Origin: an uncultured Candidatus Rokubacteria bacterium
GTDB taxonomy: Bacteria; Methylomirabilota; Methylomirabilia; Rokubacteriales; DASRDR01
DNA length: 64,000 bases
NCBI GenBank assembly: GCA_963805625.1
Contig: CAWDVE010000004.1
Coordinates: 64,001-128,000, forward strand
Direction: 5' to 3'
Every line of letters starts with the position of its first letter. Position 1 is the stretch's first letter. The notes under the pieces are model-generated. The model was given only the letters and a program-made list of their open reading frames with translations. It searched no databases and had not been told where the DNA came from. Shown piece by piece: positions 47,406 through 58,513 of the stretch. Position numbers and translations under genes: made by a program.

Positions 47406-49286
47406 GTGACGGAGCCCGCTGCCGGCGCCGTTCGCGACGACCGCCGCCTGTTCCGCCGCTCCCGGCGCCGCGTCCTTGCGGCGAGTGGCACGACCGTTGT
47501 GGCCCTTGCCGGGCTGGCCGCCCTCTTCGTCGCGCCGAACCGTCTCGCGAGTCTTCGGCTCGGCGACCTCGCGCTCGCGTGGTGGGTGGCCGGAGCCGTC
47601 GCACTCATCGGGCTCGTGACGCTCAGCCGCGGGTTCCGGGAGATCGGCACGCTGACGGCTCCCGGGGGAATGTCGCGGCTCACACCGCTCGCGCTCGCTG
47701 CGGTCTGGAGCTCTCCTGCGCTGTGGCTTGGGCTGCCGCCCCTGTTGCTCGCGGATGGCACGCGGGGACTCTGGGCGCCGGCCGTGGTCATCGGCGGCAC
47801 CGTCGTCGCCCTCCTCGTCCTGGGGACGGCCTGGAGTCGCACCGGGGGCCTCATGGTGCCGGCGTCGGTGCTGGCGCAATCGCGCTGGCCGGGCGCCCAC
47901 GGCTGCCACGCCCTCCTCGGGTCGATCGAGACGATCGTCGCGGGCCTGTTCGTCTGGGCCCAGCTTGCGGCCGTGCGCGAGATCGGCGCGATGGCTGGCT
48001 GGCCGCGCGCCACGACGATCGGGATCACGCTCCTGATCATCGGGGCGCTGCTGCTCCCCGAGCTCTCCCGCTTCCGGCTGACGGCGCTGGGCGGAGGCCT
48101 CGCGCTCGCAGGACTCGCCGTGCCCCTCGTCGTGATCGCGCTCGGCACCACCACGGCGTGGCCCCAGGTCTGGAGCGCGGTGGCCTCTCGCCCCCGGATC
48201 GGGTTCGGGGAGGCCAGCCGATGGACGGTGGAGGGCGGGGCGGTGCTGGGGCCGGCCACGACCCTGATGCTCACGTTCGCCGACGAGCAGCGCGTCACCT
48301 TCGCCGCCCGTGGATCGGTCATCGTGGAGCCCCGCGAGGGCGGTCGTCTCGCGCGTGACGTCGAGCCGGGCGAGGAGGTCGCCCTCCACCCGGGCGACCG
48401 GCTCGTCGTCCCCGCAGGTCTCCGGCTTCGGTTCGAGGCCGGGCGGCGGGTGCCCGATGCGCCGGACTCCGGACCCGAGTGGCTCGAGCCGCCGTCGCGG
48501 GCGGTCGGCGGGCTCTGGCTCATGGCCCTGGGCGTGACGGGCTTTCTCGGAGCGCTCGGCCTGCCGACCGGTACGACTCCCGTGGGTGCGGGCCGGCTAT
48601 CGCCGGGGCGAGGCGCCCGGCTGGCCGCGATCTTGGTGACTGCGGGCGTGGCGCTCGCGGTGGGGTGGAGTCTCTACGCCGCCTGGCTGACGCCCGAGGT
48701 CTACGTGGGCGGCGTCACCGGGGCCGAGGTCTACGCGCTCCCCGAGAGCATGCCGGGGCCGAGAGGATCGGGATACCTGCTGACCTGGCTCCTCTTTGGG
48801 GGTCTCGCGGTCGGGGGAGCGGCGGCCGCGCTGGGGAGCCTCCGGGGACGTCAGGTGGCCGCCGGGTGGCCACGACGCCTCGCGGTCGTTCTCGTCGCGA
48901 GCGCCGGCACGCTGGTGGGCCTGGTTCCCGTGGGGGCGTGGACGCTCCTTCTCGCGACGCTCGGTCTCGCCGCGTCCGCGCTTGCGCCCGCCGCGGTGCT
49001 GGCCTGCTGGAGTGAGCGCGCCAGCGCGCGGAGCGCCTCAGGGGGAACCGGGGCCGGGCTGCTGGTGTTCCTGCTCCTGGCCCTCGGCGGCGCGGCGAGC
49101 CAGGGGAGCCTCGGAGAAGGGTGGGGGAGCGTTGCCGCGGCGGCGCCCGCGGCCGTCGCCGCGCCGGTCCACCTCCTGGTCGCCTGGTTCCTGCGCTCGC
49201 GAGGGATGTCCTCCGGGCGGAGCCCGCTTCCTCCCGGCCTCGAGGGGCTCTCGACCGGGCTGCCGGCGCGGTCGCGGGCGAGCTGA
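47406..49286 (+). CDS. Divergent multi-pass membrane protein, sodium:solute symporter-like
   Basis: About 13-15 hydrophobic segments and [22 protein letters not shown] resembling the SSS C-terminus, with a soluble insert. Confidence 0.55.
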   Translation: MTEPAAGAVRDDRRLFRRSRRRVLAASGTTVVALAGLAALFVAPNRLASLRLGDLALAWWVAGAVALIGLVTLSRGFREIGTLTAPGGMSRLTPLALAAVWSSPALWLGLPPLLLADGTRGLWAPAVVIGGTVVALLVLGTAWSRTGGLMVPASVLAQSRWPGAHGCHALLGSIETIVAGLFVWAQLAAVREIGAMAGWPRATTIGITLLIIGALLLPELSRFRLTALGGGLALAGLAVPLVVIALGTTTAWPQVWSAVASRPRIGFGEASRWTVEGGAVLGPATTLMLTFADEQRVTFAARGSVIVEPREGGRLARDVEPGEEVALHPGDRLVVPAGLRLRFEAGRRVPDAPDSGPEWLEPPSRAVGGLWLMALGVTGFLGALGLPTGTTPVGAGRLSPGRGARLAAILVTAGVALAVGWSLYAAWLTPEVYVGGVTGAEVYALPESMPGPRGSGYLLTWLLFGGLAVGGAAAALGSLRGRQVAAGWPRRLAVVLVASAGTLVGLVPVGAWTLLLATLGLAASALAPAAVLACWSERASARSASGGTGAGLLVFLLLALGGAASQGSLGEGWGSVAAAAPAAVAAPVHLLVAWFLRSRGMSSGRSPLPPGLEGLSTGLPARSRAS

Positions 49287-49363
49287 GGACGCTCGGGGAG
49301 CAGCGCCGGGTCCCGCGCGGTTGCGTTCGCGCGGAGCGTCGGCAAGAATGGATCGTCACCACC

Positions 49364-52141
49364 ATGGCCAGCGACCGCATCGTCATCCGCGGGGCCCGCG
49401 AGCACAACCTCAAGAACGTCGACCTCGAGATCCCCCGGGACCGGCTGGTCGTCATCACGGGGCTGTCCGGCTCGGGGAAGTCCACGCTCGCGTTCGACAC
49501 GATCTACGCCGAGGGCCAGCGCCGCTACGTCGAGAGTCTGTCGGCCTACGCCCGCCAGTTCCTGGAGCAGATGGAGAAGCCCGACGTCGACTCGATCGAG
49601 GGACTCTCCCCGGCGATCTCGATCGAGCAGAAGACGACGTCGAAGAACCCCCGCTCGACCGTTGGAACCGTCACGGAGATCTATGACTATCTCCGCGTCC
49701 TCTACGCCCGCATCGGAACGCCCCACTGCCCGCAGTGCGGCCAGGCCATCGCCGCCCAGACCGTGCAGCAGATGGTCGACCGCGTGCGGACCCTGCCGGA
49801 AGGCACCCGGGTCGTCGTCCTCGCCCCCGTTGTGCGGGGCCGCAAGGGCGAGTACCGGAAGCTCCTCTTCGACCTGCGCCGGCAGGGCTTCGGGCGCGTC
49901 CGGGTGAACGGGACCGTGCGGGATCTTGCCGAGGAGATCGAGCTCGACAAGAACAAGAAGCACACGATCGAGGTGGTCGTCGACCGTCTGGTCATCCGTG
50001 ATTCGGGCGCGGCGCGCCTCGCCGACTCCCTCGAGACGGCCCTCCGGCTCGCGGAGGGAGTGGTCGTCGTCGAGGTCCCGGACGGCGGCCAGGCCTGGGT
50101 GTTCTCTGAGCGCCTGGCCTGCGTTCGATGCGGCATCTCGTTCCCCGAGGTCTCGCCGCGGATGTTCTCTTTCAACAATCCGTTCGGCGCGTGCCCCGCT
50201 TGCGGGGGCCTCGGGACCCGGCTCGAGCTCGACCCCGATCTCGTCGTGCCGGACCCGCGGAAGTCGCTGGCCAAGGGGGCGCTCGCGCCCTGGGCCGGAC
50301 GGGAATCCGTCTACTTCCGGCAGACCCTCGCGGTGCTCGCGCGGAAGCGCCGCTTCAGCCTGGAGACTCCCTGGAAGGAGCTCTCGAAGGCGACACGGGA
50401 GCTGATCCTCCGGGGCACCGGCGAGGATGGAGGTTTCGACGGCGTGCTCGGCGGCCTCGAGCGACGGTACAAGGAGACGACCTCCGAGGACACCCGGGTC
50501 GAGATCGAGCGCTACATGGCCGAGCGCCCATGCCCCACCTGCGGGGGGGGCCGCCTCCGGCCCGAGAGTCTCGCGGTCCGCGTGGGCGGGCGCCCGATCC
50601 ACCAGGTGTGCGCGCTCACGATCAAGGAGGCCGGCGTCTTCTTCGACGGGCTCGCCCTCGGCGAGCGCGAGCAGGCGATCGCCCGCCGCGTCCTCAAGGA
50701 GATCCGCGAGCGGCTCGGCTTCCTCCAGAACGTGGGCCTCGAGTACCTCACCCTCGACCGGGCGGCCGGCACGTTGTCGGGAGGCGAGGGGCAGCGGATC
50801 CGCCTGGCGACGCAGATCGGATCGAGCCTCGTCGGCGTCCTCTACATCCTCGACGAGCCGTCGATCGGTCTCCACCAGCGGGACAACCGACGCCTCCTCG
50901 ACACGCTCCTCCGGCTCCGGGACCTCGGGAACACGGTCCTGGTCGTCGAGCACGACGAGGAGACGATCCGGGCGGCCGACCACGTGATCGACCTCGGTCC
51001 AGGCGCCGGGGAACTGGGAGGCTACGTCGTCGCCACCGGCACTCCCGGCGAAATCATGGCGGACCAGAAGTCGCTGACGGGGCGCTACCTGTCCCGCGAG
51101 CTCTCGATCCCGGTCCCGGCCGCGCGCCGCCCCGGCACCGGCAAGGTCCTGACGGTCCACGGGGCCCGTGAGCACAACCTCAAGAGCATGCCGGTTCGCA
51201 TCCCGCTGGGGACGTTCACCTGCGTCACGGGCGTGTCCGGCTCCGGGAAGTCCACCCTCGTCAACGACATCCTCTACCGCGCCCTGGCTCAGGTCTTCCA
51301 CCGGGCGCAGGAGCGGCCTGGCGCGCACGACCGCATCGAGGGCATGCAGCATCTCGACAAGGTCATCAACATCGACCAGTCGCCGATCGGCCGCACACCG
51401 CGCTCCAACCCGGCCACGTACACGGGCGTCTTCGCGTTCATCCGGGCGCTGTTCGCGCGGACCCCCGACGCGCGGGCGCGCGGCTACGCGCCGGGGCGCT
51501 TCTCGTTCAACGTCAAGGGCGGCCGGTGCGAGGCGTGCCAGGGCGACGGGCTGGTGAAGATCGAGATGCACTTTCTCCCCGACGTGTACGTGACGTGCGA
51601 GGTGTGCAAGGGCAAGCGCTACAACCGGGAGACGCTCGAGATCCGCTACAAGGGCCGGAACATCGCGGAGGTCCTGGAGATGACCGTGCGGGAGGCGCTC
51701 GCCTTCTTCGAGCCCGTTCCCGCCGTGCGCCAGAAGCTCCAGACCCTCCACGACGTCGGGCTCGAGTACATCCGGCTCGGGCAGGCCGCGACGACCCTCT
51801 CCGGCGGCGAGGCACAGCGGGTGAAGCTGTCCACCGAGCTCTCCCGCCGAGCGACGGGTCGCACGCTCTACATCCTCGACGAACCCACCACCGGCCTCCA
51901 CTTCGCCGACATCCAGCGGCTGCTCGACGTCCTGAACCAGCTGGTGGCCCAGGGGAACACCGTCGTGGTCATCGAGCACAACCTCGACGTCGTGAAGACC
52001 GCCGATCACATCGTCGACCTCGGGCCCGAGGGGGGCGAGGAGGGCGGCCGCGTTGTCGGGGCCGGCACTCCGGAGCAGCTCGCGGCGGAGGCCGGCACGT
52101 CGCACACCGGCCGCTTCCTGGCCCATGCCCTCCGCGCGTGA
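49364..52141 (+). CDS. uvrA: Excinuclease ABC subunit A
   Basis: [17 protein letters not shown], zinc fingers, LSGGE..R twice, GVSGSGKS and [13 protein letters not shown]. Confidence 0.98.
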   Translation: MASDRIVIRGAREHNLKNVDLEIPRDRLVVITGLSGSGKSTLAFDTIYAEGQRRYVESLSAYARQFLEQMEKPDVDSIEGLSPAISIEQKTTSKNPRSTVGTVTEIYDYLRVLYARIGTPHCPQCGQAIAAQTVQQMVDRVRTLPEGTRVVVLAPVVRGRKGEYRKLLFDLRRQGFGRVRVNGTVRDLAEEIELDKNKKHTIEVVVDRLVIRDSGAARLADSLETALRLAEGVVVVEVPDGGQAWVFSERLACVRCGISFPEVSPRMFSFNNPFGACPACGGLGTRLELDPDLVVPDPRKSLAKGALAPWAGRESVYFRQTLAVLARKRRFSLETPWKELSKATRELILRGTGEDGGFDGVLGGLERRYKETTSEDTRVEIERYMAERPCPTCGGGRLRPESLAVRVGGRPIHQVCALTIKEAGVFFDGLALGEREQAIARRVLKEIRERLGFLQNVGLEYLTLDRAAGTLSGGEGQRIRLATQIGSSLVGVLYILDEPSIGLHQRDNRRLLDTLLRLRDLGNTVLVVEHDEETIRAADHVIDLGPGAGELGGYVVATGTPGEIMADQKSLTGRYLSRELSIPVPAARRPGTGKVLTVHGAREHNLKSMPVRIPLGTFTCVTGVSGSGKSTLVNDILYRALAQVFHRAQERPGAHDRIEGMQHLDKVINIDQSPIGRTPRSNPATYTGVFAFIRALFARTPDARARGYAPGRFSFNVKGGRCEACQGDGLVKIEMHFLPDVYVTCEVCKGKRYNRETLEIRYKGRNIAEVLEMTVREALAFFEPVPAVRQKLQTLHDVGLEYIRLGQAATTLSGGEAQRVKLSTELSRRATGRTLYILDEPTTGLHFADIQRLLDVLNQLVAQGNTVVVIEHNLDVVKTADHIVDLGPEGGEEGGRVVGAGTPEQLAAEAGTSHTGRFLAHALRA

Positions 52142-52148
52142 GAGGCGC

Positions 52149-53069
52149 ATGATACGGCGCTTCGGTCTCGCGGTGTCGGCGAGCGCGGCTTTCCTGGCGG
52201 CGCTTCTGCTGGCCAGCGCCGGCGGGCGGCCGGGCGCGGCCGCCGAGGTGGCGGAGGAGGACGACGACGAGGTCCAGCTGCGGGAGGTCTACATCCCGCA
52301 CCCCGAGTTCCAGACCTACTTCGATCGCGACCAGCTGGCGGTCGAGCAGGTGACGCTCGTGCGAGTGCGGCGCCCGGACCAGTCGGAGGCGCTGGTCGCC
52401 AAGGAGGAGTCTGGCTGGGAGCACGTCGCCCTCGAGGGATGGCGGCTCACCTTCTACAGCCAGGCGAAGCAGCCGCTCCGGCCGGGGCCGGGCCGGCACG
52501 TCATCGTGCAGGAGTGGTCGGGGGGCGCGCATTGCTGCTTCGACTATCACGTGCTCCACGTTCAGGGGACCCAGATCCGGCGCGAGGGGACGATCCGCGG
52601 AGGGGACTGCAGCCTGCGCGTGGCGGACCTGGACCAGGACGGGGCGCTCGAGCTCATTGCCTGCGACGCGCGGTTCGCGTACGCGTTCGATCTTCCCTTC
52701 GCCGAGTCTCCGCTCGTGCCTGTGGTCTACACGTTCCGCGACCGGGCGTACGTCGCGGACAACCGGCGCTTCCCGCAGGTCTACCAGTTCCGCCTCACCC
52801 AGGAGCGGCGCCGGCTCGCGGAGGCGGAGCGAGCGAGCGACGCGCGCGGCGCCCGGCGGGCTGTCCTGAGTCTCCTCCTGCACACGCTCTACGCGGGCCG
52901 CGTGACCGAGGCCTGGTGCGGGTTCGATCGCGGCTACCGGTGGGCCGACCGGGCGGACGTCCGGCAGGAGGTGATGAGGCGGCTCCGGCTCGCTCACGAT
53001 CCCGAGGACGGTCGGCTCCCGCCGATCGATCTTGGCTACGCCCTCGTGCCGCCCGGCCGGTGCCGCTGA
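52149..53069 (+). CDS. Secreted hypothetical protein (SGGAHCC motif)
   Basis: Signal peptide, WSGGAHCC motif and an FG-GAP-like DLDQDGALEL loop. Confidence 0.7.
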   Translation: MIRRFGLAVSASAAFLAALLLASAGGRPGAAAEVAEEDDDEVQLREVYIPHPEFQTYFDRDQLAVEQVTLVRVRRPDQSEALVAKEESGWEHVALEGWRLTFYSQAKQPLRPGPGRHVIVQEWSGGAHCCFDYHVLHVQGTQIRREGTIRGGDCSLRVADLDQDGALELIACDARFAYAFDLPFAESPLVPVVYTFRDRAYVADNRRFPQVYQFRLTQERRRLAEAERASDARGARRAVLSLLLHTLYAGRVTEAWCGFDRGYRWADRADVRQEVMRRLRLAHDPEDGRLPPIDLGYALVPPGRCR

Positions 53070-53190
53070 GCCATCCGGGCTGACCCGCCCCCCCTGGGCG
53101 GCTCCGCGGAGGGCGTGCTACGATTCGGCTTCGACGCCTCGGACGAACCGGTTCGGCTGGCTCTAGCCCTGACGACTCCCGGGAGGCACG

Positions 53191-55287
53191 ATGACCATCG
53201 ATATCGCGCGCATTCGTAACGTCGGCTTCGTCGGCCATGGCGGCGTCGGTAAGACGTCGCTGGTCGAGGCGATCCTGTTCCGGAACGGCATGACGTCTCG
53301 TCTCGGCCGCGTGGACGACGGCACTGCCACGACCGACTTCGATCCCGAGGAGATCAAGCGCAAGATCTCCATCAACATCGGCGTCGCGCACTGCGACTAT
53401 CGCGACCACCGGTTCAACTTCGTGGACATGCCGGGATACGGCGATTTCATCGCCGAGGCGCGGGCAGGGCTCCGCGTCGTCGAGGGCGCGGTGCTGGTCG
53501 TGGACGCGGTGGCCGGCGTCGAGGTCCAGACGGAGAAGGTCTCGAAGTTCGCGCAGGAGTATGGGCTGCCCCGGCTGGTCTTCGTCAACCGAATGGACCG
53601 CGAGCGGGCCGATTTCCTTCGTACGCTCGAGTCGATCCAGCGCCGGCTCAAGGGCCGGTTCGTTCCGCTCCACGTGCCGATCGGCCAGGAGGCCGAGTTT
53701 CGTGGGCTCGTGGACGTGCTCCGGATGAAGGGCTACGTCCTGGGAGGCGCCCCCGGGAAGATCGATGAGACCGACATCCCGGCCGAGCTCGCGGAGACGG
53801 TGCAGAGTGCCCGCGAGAAGCTCGTCGAGGCCGTGGCCGAGACGGACGACGACCTCCTGGCCCGGTACCTCGAGGAGGGGACGCTGGATGAGGCCGTCGT
53901 CATCAAAGCGCTCCGGGCGGCCATCGCGGATGGCAAGCTCGTGCCCGTCATCCTCGGGTCCGCGACGAAGGCGATCGGCGTGCGCTCCCTGCTGGACATC
54001 GTGATCGACTCCTTCCCGTCTCCGGCCGACCGGCCGCCAGTGGAGGGAATCGACCCCCGCACCAAGGAGCCGGTGACGCGGGCCGCCAGCGCGAAGGAGC
54101 CCTTCTCCGCCCTCGTGTTCAAGACCCTCACGGATCCCCACGTCGGCAAGCTCACGCTCTTCCGCGTCTTCTCGGGCGTCGTCACGGGCAACTCCCAGGT
54201 CTACAACCCGGCGCGCGAGACGCGCGAGCGGGTCGGTCAGGTGGCGCTGCTCCAGGGACGGGAGCACAAGGTCGTGGAGGCGCTCGGCGCCGGCGAGATC
54301 GGTGTGGTGCTGAAGCTCCGGGAGACGCTCACCGGCGACACACTGTGCGCCGAGAACGCGCCCGTGATCCTCCCGCGCATCCAGTTCGCGGAGCCGGCGA
54401 TCTCCTTCGCGCTCCAGCCGAAGGCGAAGGGAGACGAGGACAAGATCTCGAACGCGCTCGCCCGGCTCGCCGAGGAGGACCCCACCCTCCGGTACCACTA
54501 CGACCCCGAGACTAAGCAGCTCCTGATCTCGGGCGTCGGCCAGCTCCACATCGAGGTCACCCTCGAGCGGATGAAGCGCAAATTCAACGCCGAGGTGGTC
54601 CTTCTGCCGCCGCGGATCCCCTACAAGGAGACCGTCAAGGGTCGGGCCCAGGTCCAGGGTCGGCACAAGAAGCAAACGGGCGGCCGGGGCCAGTTCGGCG
54701 ACTGCTGGGTCGAGATCGAGCCGCTTTCGCGGGGTTCAGGGCTCGAATTCGTCGACAAGATCTTCGGCGGCTCGATCCCCCGGAACTTCATACCGTCGGT
54801 GGAGAAGGGCGTGCGCGCCCGGCTCGAGCGCGGCGTCATGGCCGGCTACCAGGTCGTGGACGTGCGCGTGACCCTCTACGACGGCTCGTACCACAGCGTC
54901 GACTCGTCCGACATCGCGTTCCAGCTCGCGGGGCAGATCGCGGCTGAAAAGGCCGTGCTCGAGGCGCGGCCGTGCCTCCTCGAGCCGGTCATGGACGTCG
55001 AGGTGACGGCGCCCTCCGCCATCGCGGGCGACGTGATCGGCGATCTCAACAGCCGCCGGGGCAAGATCGCGGGGATGGAGCCGGGCGACGAGAGCAGCGT
55101 GGTCCGCGCCCAGGTCCCCATGGCGGAGATGCTGAACTACGAGCCGCATCTCCGCTCGATGTCGGGCGGTCGGGGCAGCTACTCGATGGAGTTCTCCCAC
55201 TACGAGGAGCTACCCGGGATGCTGACCGAGAAGGTCGTGGCCGAGGCGAAGAAGGAGAAGGAGGCGCGCGCGGCCGAGAAGCACTGA
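53191..55287 (+). CDS. fusA: Elongation factor G paralogue (EF-G2 type)
   Basis: Full five-domain EF-G: GHGGVGKT, DMPG, NRMD, GQLH, KKQTGGRGQFG and GSYHSVDSS. Not in the str operon. Confidence 0.93.
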   Translation: MTIDIARIRNVGFVGHGGVGKTSLVEAILFRNGMTSRLGRVDDGTATTDFDPEEIKRKISINIGVAHCDYRDHRFNFVDMPGYGDFIAEARAGLRVVEGAVLVVDAVAGVEVQTEKVSKFAQEYGLPRLVFVNRMDRERADFLRTLESIQRRLKGRFVPLHVPIGQEAEFRGLVDVLRMKGYVLGGAPGKIDETDIPAELAETVQSAREKLVEAVAETDDDLLARYLEEGTLDEAVVIKALRAAIADGKLVPVILGSATKAIGVRSLLDIVIDSFPSPADRPPVEGIDPRTKEPVTRAASAKEPFSALVFKTLTDPHVGKLTLFRVFSGVVTGNSQVYNPARETRERVGQVALLQGREHKVVEALGAGEIGVVLKLRETLTGDTLCAENAPVILPRIQFAEPAISFALQPKAKGDEDKISNALARLAEEDPTLRYHYDPETKQLLISGVGQLHIEVTLERMKRKFNAEVVLLPPRIPYKETVKGRAQVQGRHKKQTGGRGQFGDCWVEIEPLSRGSGLEFVDKIFGGSIPRNFIPSVEKGVRARLERGVMAGYQVVDVRVTLYDGSYHSVDSSDIAFQLAGQIAAEKAVLEARPCLLEPVMDVEVTAPSAIAGDVIGDLNSRRGKIAGMEPGDESSVVRAQVPMAEMLNYEPHLRSMSGGRGSYSMEFSHYEELPGMLTEKVVAEAKKEKEARAAEKH

Positions 55288-55385
55288 GCCGGGGCCATCG
55301 GCTCGACGGTCCATCACCCTGGCTGGCGCCCGGTCGGACGCGGCGATCCGGCTCCCGGGGCGAGGTTCTTCGGCCGTGCCGAACG

Positions 55386-55811
55386 TCAGGCGTGGGCTTG
55401 CGATGGGCCGATGGTCGCCTCAACCTTGGCCAGCAGGTCGCCGACGGAGACGGGTTTGGCGAGCTGGCCGACGATGTTGAGCCCTGAGTCGCCGGCGAGA
55501 TCCGGCCCTTCCTCGAGGTGGGCCGAGACGATCACCACCGGAATCGTGTGCCACTTGGGATTGGCGCGCACGTTCTCGAGGAAATCCCATCCCGAGGCCC
55601 GGGGCATCCGGAGATCGAGCAGGATCAAGTCCGGGAAGAGATCTCGGATGAGGTCACCCGCTGCCAGGCCGTCCTCCGACCCGATCGCCCGGTAACCGGC
55701 CTCTTCGAGCACCTCGATCCAGAGCGCGCGGAGCCGCGCGTTGTCGTCGACGACTAGCACCCACTTCCGTGGCTTGGTCTTGGCCGAGGCGCCCCCACCG
55801 GGAGAGGTCAT
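55386..55811 (-). CDS. Single-domain response regulator
   Basis: LVVDD, LLDLRMP..SG, VSA and KP motifs. TTGACA-18-TACCGT promoter lies 7 nt before ATG 55811. Confidence 0.9.
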   Translation of the reverse strand: MTSPGGGASAKTKPRKWVLVVDDNARLRALWIEVLEEAGYRAIGSEDGLAAGDLIRDLFPDLILLDLRMPRASGWDFLENVRANPKWHTIPVVIVSAHLEEGPDLAGDSGLNIVGQLAKPVSVGDLLAKVEATIGPSQAHA

Positions 55812-55952
55812 CGGACCCACGGTACGCAGGCTCGCCGCGTGTTGTCAAAGAGTTCGGCCGCTTCGCGCGCGGGCCCTTCCGGCGCAGGACATACTTGGCG
55901 GGGGCGCGGCGGACGCGCTATGCTCTCGTAGGGAGCCGGCGCGGGGAGAACC

Positions 55953-57524
55953 ATGTATCTGGCATACTTCGGCCTGCGCGAGCCCCCGTTCTCGATCACG
56001 CCGGACCCGCGCTTCCTCTACATGAGCGCTCGGCACCGCGAGGCGCTCGCGCACCTGGTCTACGGCGTGGGCGAGCACGGCGGGTTCGTCCAACTCACCG
56101 GCGAGGTGGGAACCGGCAAGACGAGCGTGTGCCGGTGCCTGCTCGAGCAGCTACCGAACCACGTCGACATCGCCCTCATTCTCAACCCCCGCGTGAGCCC
56201 CGTGGAGCTTCTCGCTCTCGTGTGCGACGAGCTGCGAATCCCGTATCCAGCCGGCACCAAGACCCAGAAGGAGCTCGTGGACCGGCTCCATCGTCATTTG
56301 CTCGAGGCTCATGGGCGCGGCCGGCGGACCGTTCTCATCATCGACGAGGCCCAGAATCTCTCGCCCGAGGTCCTGGAGGAGGTGCGCCTCCTCACGAATC
56401 TCGAGACGACGACCGATAAGCTCCTCCAGGTGATCCTGATCGGCCAGCCGGAGCTGGCGGCGCTCCTCGAGGAAGCGAAGCTCCGCCAGCTCGCGCAGCG
56501 CGTTACGGCTCGGTACCATCTCGAGCCGCTGTCGCGACCCGAGACCCGGGCCTATGTTCGCCACCGCCTTGGCGTGGCGGGACGTCACGCTCCGTTGTTC
56601 ACGCCGTCGGCGGTGCGCCAGGTTCACCGAGAAACGTACGGCATCCCGCGCCTCATCAACGCCATCGCCGATCGTGCCCTGCTCGGCGCCTATACGCGGG
56701 AGCAGTCGCAAGTCGATGCGGCCACCGTCCGGCGCGCGGCGGCCGAGGTGCTAGGTCGGCCGCTTCGCCTGTGGCAGCGATGGGCGCGGGAAGCGACCGC
56801 CGCCGCCCTCGTTGCGGCCACGGCGGCCACCGCATTCGTCCTCCTCGCCCCGGGTGAAATCGGCCGGGACGAGGCTCGCCGTGCGACCGCCGTGACGGGA
56901 CCGGCGGACCCCACACTGACCGGCGTATCTGCCACGGCGGCGAGCCTGACCGCGGCGGGAACGTCCGAGCGCCCCCCGCGCCCGCGCCTCGCGGACGTCC
57001 TCCGTGACCCGGCGATCCCGGCCACAAAGGGGGACGCCCTGGCCGTACTCCTGGGCCTCTGGGGTGTGCACGCTGCGAACCAGCCGGATTGCGAAGGGCC
57101 ACCCGCGGGGGCGCTCGAGTGCCTCGCGTCGGTCGGCAACTGGCAGAAGCTTCGCCGGCTCGATCTTCCCGCCGCGCTTGAGCTCGCGGGTCCGGGGGGC
57201 GAGCGGCGCTACGCCGTTCTCACGGCGCTCACGCCATCGGAGGCAACGCTTCGGTTCGGCGACCGTGTCGTCACCGCGCAGCTGGCCGAGGTCGAGTCAT
57301 TCTGGGACGGCACCTTCGTCATCCTCTGGCGACCTCCGCCGGTGGAGCTCCCGGTCCGGCGCGGATCCAGTGGTCCTGCCACCGACTGGCTCCGGCAGCG
57401 CATGGCGCGGGCTGCCGGCGCCGATCTGCCGCTCGAGAATGGCCGGCCGTACGACCAGGGCCTGTGGGAGCGGGTGACGGCCTTCCGGCCCGACGTGCCG
57501 CGGCTTTCCGCAGGGGAACCTTAG
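55953..57524 (+). CDS. gspA: ExeA/GspA family AAA ATPase (peptidoglycan-binding domain appears shortened)
   Basis: MYLAYFGLRE.PFSITPDPRFLY, GEVGTGKT, IIDEAQ, GQPEL, GIPRLIN, TM segment and C39-like domain. Confidence 0.9.
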   Translation: MYLAYFGLREPPFSITPDPRFLYMSARHREALAHLVYGVGEHGGFVQLTGEVGTGKTSVCRCLLEQLPNHVDIALILNPRVSPVELLALVCDELRIPYPAGTKTQKELVDRLHRHLLEAHGRGRRTVLIIDEAQNLSPEVLEEVRLLTNLETTTDKLLQVILIGQPELAALLEEAKLRQLAQRVTARYHLEPLSRPETRAYVRHRLGVAGRHAPLFTPSAVRQVHRETYGIPRLINAIADRALLGAYTREQSQVDAATVRRAAAEVLGRPLRLWQRWAREATAAALVAATAATAFVLLAPGEIGRDEARRATAVTGPADPTLTGVSATAASLTAAGTSERPPRPRLADVLRDPAIPATKGDALAVLLGLWGVHAANQPDCEGPPAGALECLASVGNWQKLRRLDLPAALELAGPGGERRYAVLTALTPSEATLRFGDRVVTAQLAEVESFWDGTFVILWRPPPVELPVRRGSSGPATDWLRQRMARAAGADLPLENGRPYDQGLWERVTAFRPDVPRLSAGEP

Positions 57525-57534
57525 GGCGAGGGCC

Positions 57535-58395
57535 GTGTCTTACATCCTCGATGCCCTCAGGAAGGCCGAGCGCGACCGTCAGGTCTCGCGGGTTCCCACC
57601 CTCGCCACCTCGCACGGAGGTGCGGAGTTGCTCCGCCGACCGCACTGGGCCTGGGTTGTCGCAGCCGGCGCGGTCGCCCTGAGCGCGGTCGTCACGTACA
57701 GCCTTCTGTGGGCGCCGACCCGTCGGGATCCGGTGCGCGAGGCAGGGCGACCGCCAGCGGCGGCGGCTGACCCGGCCGCGGCGCGCGCGAGCGCCGATCC
57801 CGAGGCGCCGCCTCCGGCGCTCGAGCGCGCGCCGGAGGGCTCCGCGGCGGCTCCGGCCCTCACTCCCGGCCCGGCCGTCGAGCGGCCGCCTGGTGGTCAC
57901 GTCCCCGCGAGGCCGCGCGTCGCGCCCACGCGGACCGTGGGCGCCGGCGACGACCTCCGGCGGGCGCCGGACAGGAGGGATTCACCGGACGCGCCTGCGA
58001 CCAGGCGGGCGTCGGCGGCCGAAGCGCGCCCACCGTCGCCTGCCGTCATCGATCGGGCGCCAGTCCCCGAGCTGCGTCCAGGTGGTGATCCCGTCGCCCA
58101 GCCGGCGGTCGTGGCGGCGCCCGCGCCGCTACCCGATGCCGGCGCGGCCAGGGCCGCCCAGCCCGCATCCCCTCAGACGCTCCCGCGGCTCACGCTCGAC
58201 GTGCTCGTGTACTCGGAGGTTCCTGCGGAGCGGCTCGTCTTCATCAACGGACGGAAATACGTCGAGGGACAGACGCTGGATGGTGACGCGGTCGTCGAGC
58301 AGATCACGCCGGACGGGGCGGTCCTGCAGCACCAGGGCAAGCGGATCGTGCTGCGACCGAAGCTCAATCCATACACCCGTCCTGGGTCGCCTTGA
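57535..58395 (+). CDS. gspB: GspB/ExeB family protein
   Basis: SYILDALRKAE.DR N-terminus, TM segment, Pro-rich linker, VYS..PAER.VFING..Y.EG. Confidence 0.88.
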   Translation: MSYILDALRKAERDRQVSRVPTLATSHGGAELLRRPHWAWVVAAGAVALSAVVTYSLLWAPTRRDPVREAGRPPAAAADPAAARASADPEAPPPALERAPEGSAAAPALTPGPAVERPPGGHVPARPRVAPTRTVGAGDDLRRAPDRRDSPDAPATRRASAAEARPPSPAVIDRAPVPELRPGGDPVAQPAVVAAPAPLPDAGAARAAQPASPQTLPRLTLDVLVYSEVPAERLVFINGRKYVEGQTLDGDAVVEQITPDGAVLQHQGKRIVLRPKLNPYTRPGSP

Positions 58396-58513
58396 CACGA
58401 TCGCCGTCCCTCTGGGACAGTGGCTAGGCCGCGCCGGCAGCCGACGCTTCGTGTCCGCGGGCGTCGACGGCCGGTGGGCGAGGGCCGAGCGCCACCAGCG
58501 ACCAGAATCGACC

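Noticed and set aside
48851-52150. 1099-aa antisense ORF over uvrA (and similar long shadow ORFs such as 28453-30168 and 52795-54675)
   Set aside because: Expected stop-codon scarcity on the opposite strand of high-GC genes; no recognisable motifs.
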